The notes beneath the pieces are model-generated. The model was given only the letters and a program-made list of their open reading frames with translations. It did no database searches and was not told where the DNA came from. Of a stretch of 64,000 bases of DNA, positions 37,388 to 44,325 are shown one piece after another. Position 1 is the first letter of the stretch. The number at the start of each line of letters is the position of its first letter. A program made the translations under genes and the position numbers. This DNA comes from a virus: the IMG/VR virus record IMGVR_UViG_3300007540_000013, positions 1 to 64,000 of that record; one strand, given 5' to 3'.

Positions 37388-37452
37388 TGGGTTAAGAGTT
37401 GCTAGTCTGAATTATATTTCGTATATTTACGTAGTAATAAAAAGAAAGAGAT

Positions 37453-37590
37453 ATGTTTAAGTTAACGCAGTACAGAAGATTAGAGATGGATAGTTTGTTT
37501 AAAGGCTATGCAAATGGATTTATCACTGATGATGAATTAGATTTCATGCTCGATATTACACTTGGTGAGGTAAGTAATGTTCAATTTTAA
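37453..37590 (+). CDS. 45-aa early protein
   Basis: Cassette element upstream. Confidence 0.75.
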   Translation: MFKLTQYRRLEMDSLFKGYANGFITDDELDFMLDITLGEVSNVQF

Positions 37591-37602
37591 GGAATAAGAG
37601 TT

Positions 37603-37764
37603 ATGAAGTTAGTTAGAGAATTTACTTGTACACTTACTGGGGATGAATGTGTAGTTGTCCTGAATGCTTTTAATCAGGAGGTCTGTCTTCTTAAGTCAGA
37701 GTACTTAGAGATAAAGTCTAATGTTGCTCATGATAAGCGAGAGCTTGAAATGGAAATAGGTTAA
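37603..37764 (+). CDS. 53-aa early protein
   Basis: gagttATG start. Confidence 0.65.
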   Translation: MKLVREFTCTLTGDECVVVLNAFNQEVCLLKSEYLEIKSNVAHDKRELEMEIG

Positions 37765-37836
37765 AATCTTTTTCCGGAATAGTTGCCTCCCTGAGGCATA
37801 GTTCGTATATTTACAGAGTAATAAAAAGAAAAGGTT

Positions 37837-38067
37837 ATGACTTACGAGCAAATTGAAAAGATGAGCAAAGACGATCTAGTCTATGCATTCAAAAGACTAA
37901 CTGAGATCGCAGAAGATGCTTCTAGCCAGTTCAAAGAGATGGAAGCTAAGTACGATACCATAGACGAGGACTACTGCGCTCATAGCCACATCGGTTACTG
38001 TGAAGCAAGCTTTAGCATCCTGCTAGGACGTCTAGAGAGTGTTGTGGATGTGCTAACAAAGAAGTAA
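37837..38067 (+). CDS. Acidic helical early protein
   Basis: Cassette element upstream. Confidence 0.85.
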   Translation: MTYEQIEKMSKDDLVYAFKRLTEIAEDASSQFKEMEAKYDTIDEDYCAHSHIGYCEASFSILLGRLESVVDVLTKK

Positions 38068-38149
38068 CATTCCGGAAAAAAAGTTAGGGAGGTAGTTGCC
38101 TCCCCGGCTTTACTTTCGTATATTTACTATGTAATAAAAAATAAAGGTT

Positions 38150-38665
38150 ATGTCAAAGGTTTTAGATTATGTTTACGCTTCAGAAGTAATTAACAACTAC
38201 AAAGAGTCTATCAAAGCTCGCAATGAGAAGAACGATTGCTTTGTAAGAGCGGTAGCTAGTGCTTCTGGAAGTTCATACGATGCTGCTCACAGCTATGTTA
38301 AGGATACTTTCGGCCGTCAAGAGCGCCAAGGTACAATGTTCGTTGACTCTACTATGCTACAGATAGAAGGTAAGCTCCAAGAGTTCGGTCAAGTAAAGGT
38401 TAAGTTCGAGAAGCTAGAGAAGAAGCTAGTAAGAAATACTTATAAGCTTCATGGTGAACTGATCGATAGAAAGAAGACAGTTAAGTCTTTTATCAAAACG
38501 AACCCTAAAGGTACTTTCATCGTACTAGTAGCTGGTCATGCTTTCACAATCAAAGATGGAGTGCTGGTAGATAATCAAGGTGAGGAGTTCAGACCTACTA
38601 GAAAGGTTCAGAGTGCCTATAAGGTCATAGAGGAGACAATAGATCCTCAGCTTAAACTCTTCTAA
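38150..38665 (+). CDS. Early protein with papain-like Cys-His-Asp signature
   Basis: NDCFVRA...LVAGHAFTIKDGVLVD. Confidence 0.6.
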   Translation: MSKVLDYVYASEVINNYKESIKARNEKNDCFVRAVASASGSSYDAAHSYVKDTFGRQERQGTMFVDSTMLQIEGKLQEFGQVKVKFEKLEKKLVRNTYKLHGELIDRKKTVKSFIKTNPKGTFIVLVAGHAFTIKDGVLVDNQGEEFRPTRKVQSAYKVIEETIDPQLKLF

Positions 38666-38682
38666 GATAGAGATATAGAGAT

Positions 38683-38702
38683 AGGGCCTTAGGGCCCTTT
38701 TC
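38683..38702 (+). terminator. Rho-independent terminator AGGGCC-TTAG-GGCCCT followed by T tract
   Basis: Perfect stem plus T tract ending the cassette array. Confidence 0.8.
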
Positions 38703-38744
38703 TTATGTATATAGATTGATGGTCTCTGGAGTGCATCTAGATAG

Positions 38745-38820
38745 CAAGGTGACGTCAAGGTGATAGCACTGTGACAGAAAACTGCCAGTAAATTTCACTA
38801 GACGGTTTTCTCAACGGTTA
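38745..38820 (-). repeat. Degenerate 11-bp-phased repeats (TGACGG-like), inverted relative to the 33071 array
   Basis: Cores at 38750, 38761, 38772, 38783, then GACGGTT 38801 and AACGGTT 38813. Confidence 0.6.
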
Positions 38821-38923
38821 TCTGAGCCATACTAGGTTGCATATTTCTGATGAGATTTTGAATATAGGGGATATATATTGATATATTTAAAGAGAAATTG
38901 GTACCTACTAACTCTTTAGTTAA

Positions 38924-39301
38924 TTAATAGTTGATCTTTTCTTTATATCCTGTTTCTACTCTGTTAATCTCTCGACTAAGAGCTTGAGTCTCTAACAGAA
39001 GTAATCTCTGCTCATCCATAAACTTATTATCCAGTTTATCAATCCTACTATCGATGGTACGGTGTATACCTTCGTAGTGTTTAAGAAAGTCTTCATCGAG
39101 TTTGTTAGTCTCTCTAATGATTCTACTTTCTAAATTGCTTGTCTTATTCAGAACATCCATATAGATATTCTCTTGTTCTCTTTGGAGGTTATCAAGATCC
39201 TTTCTTAGAATTTTGATTGCCATATAATTCACAGACGTACCCGCAACCATCAATAGAATGATGACAGCACATACACCTAAAATAAATGATGTAATTTCCA
39301 T
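38924..39301 (-). CDS. TM plus coiled-coil protein; only clear minus-strand gene
   Basis: Own minus-strand promoter TTG(39385)-N20-TATATTAA(39362-39355). Confidence 0.8.
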   Translation of the reverse strand: MEITSFILGVCAVIILLMVAGTSVNYMAIKILRKDLDNLQREQENIYMDVLNKTSNLESRIIRETNKLDEDFLKHYEGIHRTIDSRIDKLDNKFMDEQRLLLLETQALSREINRVETGYKEKINY

Positions 39302-39484
39302 AGTTTTAATTTTTTAATGTCAAAGAACGTTCGGTACCAAATCCCGTTATTAGTTTAATATACGAACTTTTTGAGTAAGAAACAAGAAAACCTAAGAAAA
39401 AAATTTTGATAGATTTTTCTATATAGGAAAGTATATAGGTATATATTTATATATAGATAATAGAGTTATTCTCTATTTATAGTT

Positions 39485-39925
39485 ATGAAGCCATTAGATC
39501 CTTCCTTCTTTGATATGTTTGATTACTCCGATGGAGAGGATCTTGAGAGAGCAGGCATGATTGATTCTCTAAGCGATTACTTAGAGCATCCTTATTTGCT
39601 ATTCGGCTCAGTGATACGAGGTGTAGAGAATTTCTATATAGTAAGAGAGATGTATACCCGTACCTATAAGGAGGAATTTGAGAGAGTAGAGGAGAACGTT
39701 AAGAGTAAGTACTTTAATAGATTGTATACGTTCTTAGAAAGATTCGATGAGAGCGATGATGATTTCATAGCCGAAGCCAAGAGATTTGAAGTACCCGAAT
39801 CATCCTACGCTCTTATATCTCTACGCTCTTACTTTGAAACTAAAGAGGAGTATGAGAAGTGTGCTAAGATCCAGTCTATATTCACAAAACTTTCTCTAGA
39901 TGAGAGTTGCGTATATGATTTTTAA
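39485..39925 (+). CDS. Hypothetical protein with UVR-like C-terminal motif
   Basis: YFETKEEYEKCAKIQ; CTATTTATA at 39473. Confidence 0.75.
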   Translation: MKPLDPSFFDMFDYSDGEDLERAGMIDSLSDYLEHPYLLFGSVIRGVENFYIVREMYTRTYKEEFERVEENVKSKYFNRLYTFLERFDESDDDFIAEAKRFEVPESSYALISLRSYFETKEEYEKCAKIQSIFTKLSLDESCVYDF

Positions 39926-39957
39926 TTCGTATATTTAAGTAATTAAATAAAACGGTT

Positions 39958-40149
39958 ATGATTAATGGAATCCTTACTTACATCTTCATTGGTGTTATTT
40001 GTAATTTTGTATTTGACTTACTAGTCAATCAATTAGAGATAGAAGAGCAGCGCTTTACTATCACCGAGCGCATCGTTACTACGGCTTTATGGCCTATAGC
40101 GTTAGCAGTATTTATATATAATTTTCTTAAAGGATTATTTAAATCATGA
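39958..40149 (+). CDS. Small two-TM protein
   Basis: Promoter at 39907-39937. Confidence 0.75.
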   Translation: MINGILTYIFIGVICNFVFDLLVNQLEIEEQRFTITERIVTTALWPIALAVFIYNFLKGLFKS

Positions 40150-40772
40150 TAAGAGATATAATTACCTTAGAGAAGGCTATTAAGTTAGAATCTGAGTCTC
40201 TCTTGACTCTATACTACCCCAGTACCTCCTATGATAACCTCCCAGATGTTCTTTCTATAGAGAAATATACTGATAACTTCATCTCTTACGCTAAAGAGCA
40301 CTCTAGAAAGCCAATAGACTCTCTCATACACCTTTTATCACCAGAGTACGAGGTAGAGGTTCAAATGCCATTCGATGAGAAGACCGGAACCTTTCATTGG
40401 GTACGGCTCTTTGGTAAGATACAGCAAGTATCCTCTATTGTATCCGAGGAGAAGCACCGTGGGTGGGTCTACCTCTTAACTAACCCTGCTCATCCCGAAC
40501 TTATCAAGATCGGTAAAGCTGTTACGCCTTCATCCCGCATCAAAGGCATTAACGGGGCAGGTACCGTAGATGAATGGTCTTTAAGAGCAGCTATGCCTGT
40601 CTCGGAAGACTATACCGTTGAGAATCTCGTACATACACAATTGGCACAATATAGAAGAGACTCTAACCAAGGATCTTCAAGAGAATTTTTTGAAGTTCCG
40701 CTATCGTTAGCAATGAGCACTTTATTAGAAGTATCCGAACCATTTAAAGCAGGAGATCTTGTATTATATTAA
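40146..40772 (+). CDS. GIY-YIG (T5orf172-type) domain protein
   Basis: GWVYLLTNP...IKIGKA...RIKGIN...E..VH...REFF. Confidence 0.8.
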   Translation: MIRDIITLEKAIKLESESLLTLYYPSTSYDNLPDVLSIEKYTDNFISYAKEHSRKPIDSLIHLLSPEYEVEVQMPFDEKTGTFHWVRLFGKIQQVSSIVSEEKHRGWVYLLTNPAHPELIKIGKAVTPSSRIKGINGAGTVDEWSLRAAMPVSEDYTVENLVHTQLAQYRRDSNQGSSREFFEVPLSLAMSTLLEVSEPFKAGDLVLY

Positions 40773-40941
40773 AATTTGCGTGTCAACTTTTTTCGCGCTC
40801 GCGGCGCGTGGTAAAACTTTTTTATAAAACGCTTGCTTCCCCGAGATATTTTTATTAACTTAAAGGTATATAAGATATTATATAGTATAATATAAATTAT
40901 ATATTAATATTAATATAAAGAATAATACTTAGTAAAGAAAT

Positions 40942-41121
40942 ATGAGAAACAAAGAATTATTTCAACAAAAAGTTACTCGTCTTGAATCTATGATGAATAA
41001 TATAGGTAGAGCAGTATCTTTAAATGAGCAACAACAAGCTTTCGATGGTATCGAAAGAGCTAAAGTTATGCTCAATGACCTACAAACTATGTTAAACCGA
41101 GAATCAACTACATTTGAGTAA
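40942..41121 (+). CDS. 59-aa helical protein (not in ORF track)
   Basis: MRNKELFQQKVTRLESMMNNIG... Confidence 0.65.
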   Translation: MRNKELFQQKVTRLESMMNNIGRAVSLNEQQQAFDGIERAKVMLNDLQTMLNRESTTFE

Positions 41122-41122
41122 T

Positions 41123-41857
41123 ATGCTTACTGCTGAACAGATTTTAGAGAATTATAATAAGCATCTTGCTATTATTAACTCATCTATCACCGGTGATCGA
41201 CGTGATTTAGTGCTTTCTATGATAGAAACCGTTGGAGAAACCTATGTTATGTCACCTGCTAGTGGGAAATCGTGGTATCATAATGCTTTTGCCGGTGGTT
41301 ACGTTGATCATGTCAATAGAGTCGTTGAAACTGCGGTGAAAATGATGAAATTCTGGGAATCGATGGGTGGAACTATCGATTTTACCCAAGAGGAACTCGT
41401 TTTTGCTGCTCTTTTCCATGATTTAGGTAAAATAGGTGATGGAAACAGTGCTGGATACATTGAACAGACTGATAACTGGCGTAGAGATAAGCTAAATGAG
41501 ATGTACAAACCTAATCCTGAGTTAGATTTCATGATGATCCCTGATAGATCTCTATACATACTCCAGAAGTTCGGTATTCAAGTATCTCACAAAGAGTATT
41601 TAGGTATCAAACTACACGATGGTGTCTTTGATGACGGGAATAAGCCATACTTCTTTAGTTACAACCCAGACTCTCGTATGAGAACTAACATAGTCAACGT
41701 TCTACACATGGCAGACTACATGGCTTCTAAGGTAGAATACGATATGTGGAAGAGAGATGGTGGAAAAACCACTCCATCTACTCAGAAAACTAAATCTTCC
41801 ACAGGTAAGACTATTAAATCATCAGAAGGACTTAGTAATTTTATAAAAAATATTTAG
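41123..41857 (+). CDS. HD-domain phosphohydrolase (YhaM-like)
   Basis: PAS...HNAFAGGYVDH, LFHDLGK, KLHDG, HMAD. Confidence 0.88.
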   Translation: MLTAEQILENYNKHLAIINSSITGDRRDLVLSMIETVGETYVMSPASGKSWYHNAFAGGYVDHVNRVVETAVKMMKFWESMGGTIDFTQEELVFAALFHDLGKIGDGNSAGYIEQTDNWRRDKLNEMYKPNPELDFMMIPDRSLYILQKFGIQVSHKEYLGIKLHDGVFDDGNKPYFFSYNPDSRMRTNIVNVLHMADYMASKVEYDMWKRDGGKTTPSTQKTKSSTGKTIKSSEGLSNFIKNI

Positions 41858-41859
41858 AA

Positions 41860-42159
41860 ATGTTGGTTTTATCAATTATTTTAGCTATATTACTGATTAT
41901 ACTTGGATACTTTACTTGGAATTTACTAAGAAAAGTAGAAAAGTACGAAGATATAGCACAGTATCAACAAAATTATATCGAGAATGTATCCACCGTTATT
42001 GGTGAATCCTCAAAAAGGTTACGTGAAGTTGATGAAAAAGGAACTTTTGAGTCGGATGACGAAATTGGATTTTTCTTCAAAGGGGTAAAAGAGATACAAA
42101 GTATACTTGATGAGTTTAACCTTAACGTAACCGATGGGCAGAAAAAAGAGCAAAGCTAA
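41860..42159 (+). CDS. TM-anchored hypothetical protein
   Basis: N-terminal TM; GTFESDDEIGFFF. Confidence 0.75.
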   Translation: MLVLSIILAILLIILGYFTWNLLRKVEKYEDIAQYQQNYIENVSTVIGESSKRLREVDEKGTFESDDEIGFFFKGVKEIQSILDEFNLNVTDGQKKEQS

Positions 42160-42838
42160 TTACTTTACCCAAGAAACCGAAGATGCAATCGTAGCTTATA
42201 ATAATTCAAAAGATTTTGAGTTTAGGAATAAGATTTTTAGTGATAGGATTTATTACCCTCTATACAAGCTAGCAGAAAACATAATTCATACTTTTAAATT
42301 TTACTATACCGATGTAGACGATCTCGAGGATTTAAAACTTGAGGTCGTTTCCCTGTTAGTAGAAGAGAAGTTACATATGTTCGATCCTACTAGAGGAGCA
42401 AAAGCATACTCGTACTTTGGAACTATTGTTAAGCGTCACTTAATTAATTATAATAATAAGAATTATAAGAGAGTTAAGCAGCAGACAACTATGGATGTAT
42501 GGGAAGGAAGTTACGATTTCAACACTCCTGAGATTCACCCCTACGCATTATCTTTAAAACAGGTATTTGATATGTACATCGATGAAATGTATGATAAGTT
42601 AGATGACCTGTTCACTAAAGATGCTGATAGACAGATAGCAGACGCCGTCTTAACGTTATTTAAAAAACGTTACGACTTAGATATTTTCAAAAAGAAAGCT
42701 CTCTATATTTACATTCGAGAAATAACCGGTACCGAAACACCGTACCTCACCAGAGTCATAAACGTACTAAAAGAAGAGTTCTATATAATCTACAACGAAC
42801 TTAACGAAAAAGGGTTAATTGACTTAAATAAGTACTGA
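42134..42838 (+). CDS. Phage RNA polymerase sigma factor (gp55-like late sigma)
   Basis: KLAENII..F.FY, KLHMFDPTRGAKAYSYFGTIVKR (sigma region 2-like). Confidence 0.75.
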   Translation: MGRKKSKANYFTQETEDAIVAYNNSKDFEFRNKIFSDRIYYPLYKLAENIIHTFKFYYTDVDDLEDLKLEVVSLLVEEKLHMFDPTRGAKAYSYFGTIVKRHLINYNNKNYKRVKQQTTMDVWEGSYDFNTPEIHPYALSLKQVFDMYIDEMYDKLDDLFTKDADRQIADAVLTLFKKRYDLDIFKKKALYIYIREITGTETPYLTRVINVLKEEFYIIYNELNEKGLIDLNKY

Positions 42839-42840
42839 TT

Positions 42841-42849
42841 CTATTTATA
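42841..42849 (+). promoter_or_regulatory. Putative late promoter CTATTTATA
   Basis: In the 22-bp gap before the structural operon; also at 46077, 54689, 59793. Confidence 0.65.
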
Positions 42850-42860
42850 AAAGAAAAGGT

Positions 42861-43211
42861 ATGGGGTTAGATAAAACACTCTTTAAAGAAAAATCTTTTT
42901 CCGACGTACTAGAAGAGATCTACACTAATTCTAAGAAGAAAGAAAAGCAGATCAATACTCTCATCGGAGAACTTAAACCTCTTATTGAAAACATAGGAGA
43001 CGCTACTCTTGTTGTTCCTATGATTGCTAACTACTTAGAGATAGGTGTTAAGAATGATAAACACTTAATTGATATGCTTGCTGTTGTACAACGTATGGAG
43101 AATGCATCTAAAAACGGTGATGCAGCAGGATTTGAACTAGGCGCTGATGAGCTTGCTCAAATCTTAGAGCAGATGGAAGAGGAAGCAGAAGAGCCTAAGC
43201 AAGGAGAATAA
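42861..43211 (+). CDS. Helical hypothetical protein
   Basis: ORF track. Confidence 0.75.
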   Translation: MGLDKTLFKEKSFSDVLEEIYTNSKKKEKQINTLIGELKPLIENIGDATLVVPMIANYLEIGVKNDKHLIDMLAVVQRMENASKNGDAAGFELGADELAQILEQMEEEAEEPKQGE

Positions 43212-44323
43212 TGTCAACAGAAACTAGATACGGATCAACAGGTACAGGTAATATATTTGAAGTACCGGCAACTTCAACATCCCAAGGTAGCTTAACTAAC
43301 AACTGGGCGCAGGTTACAGGTACCTCTTTTACCGATTCCACATTAGATACTAATGGCGTTCGGTATCGATCTATTGGATCAAGTGTAGGTCGAGAAGATG
43401 GTACTGCTTACCCATTCTACCAGAGTCTAAAAAATGTACCTGTAATTGGAGAAGTTATATTAGTAATTCCCGGACCTAAAGCTGGAGGTGATTCAAGAAG
43501 CGCTTCTGGTGATTATTATTTACCTGCATTAAATATATGGAATAACCCTCAAGCAGGTCGTTCCAGCGCAGGTAACTACCTCCCCGAAATTAAAGATGGC
43601 TGGCAAGAAACAATAGACAACAACCCTCTGTATCCATTCCCAGGAGATGTAATATTAGAAGGCCGAAAAGGACAGAGTATAAGATTATCTGAAAGTTTAT
43701 CAAAGACTCCCTGGCAAGGTGCAAGAGCTGATCTTTCTACTATTGCTATAGTAAGCGGGATCAACACAACAGGTCGTCCTGAAGAATTTGTAGTCGAAGA
43801 TATAAATAGAGATGCGTCTTCTATATACCTTTTACAAGGTCAGAGAATCCCCTTAGAGACTACACATCAATGGAAGCGTGGAGAAATTACAAGTTATGGA
43901 ACTCAGACCTTACCTCTAGATGCTAAAAGTTACACAGGTAACCAAGTAGTGCTTAACAGCGGCAGGGTATACCTTAATGCCTCTTCCGAACACGTATTGA
44001 TATCCGCTCAACAACATGTAGGGTTATTAGGAGATCAAGTTCATATTGACGGAGTGAATAGTATAAATCTTGCTGCGCCCATCGTATCACTAACAACAGC
44101 AGCTAGAAACCCAGCTGTTAAAGGTAATGAGCTATTATTAGAAATTGAAAATTTATACAGTAGGTTACTAAGCTTAACCGAAACATTATCTGATACTTTA
44201 AGCGAGATTAATAAAAACACTGATACCGCAGAAGAATTAAAAGACTTCCTAATAGGTCGATTAGATAATGATAACCAAAAGCTAGTAGAATCACTACTAT
44301 CTAAAACCGTACTTTTAAGTTAA
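43211..44323 (+). CDS. Baseplate hub/central spike (gp5/VgrG-like)
   Basis: PVIGEVILV OB-like; GDVILEGRKGQSIR; QVVLNSGRVYLNA beta-helix. Confidence 0.65.
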   Translation: MSTETRYGSTGTGNIFEVPATSTSQGSLTNNWAQVTGTSFTDSTLDTNGVRYRSIGSSVGREDGTAYPFYQSLKNVPVIGEVILVIPGPKAGGDSRSASGDYYLPALNIWNNPQAGRSSAGNYLPEIKDGWQETIDNNPLYPFPGDVILEGRKGQSIRLSESLSKTPWQGARADLSTIAIVSGINTTGRPEEFVVEDINRDASSIYLLQGQRIPLETTHQWKRGEITSYGTQTLPLDAKSYTGNQVVLNSGRVYLNASSEHVLISAQQHVGLLGDQVHIDGVNSINLAAPIVSLTTAARNPAVKGNELLLEIENLYSRLLSLTETLSDTLSEINKNTDTAEELKDFLIGRLDNDNQKLVESLLSKTVLLS

Positions 44324-44325
44324 CC

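Larger units (their letters stand above)
33244..38149 (+). repeat. Dispersed ~55-bp promoter/leader element AGTTG-N20-TATATTTACATTGTAATAAAAA(T)AAAGGTTATG, 13 copies heading small ORFs
   Basis: TTG at 33244, 33819, 34225, 34590, 34798, 35000, 35337, 35596, 35817, 36362, 37399, 37783, 38096, each with a 20-nt spacer. Confidence 0.95.

Noticed and set aside
33244-38149. CRISPR array
   Set aside because: Units between repeats are ~150-1000 bp ORF-bearing segments of variable length, the repeat is a promoter/leader, and no cas operon is present.
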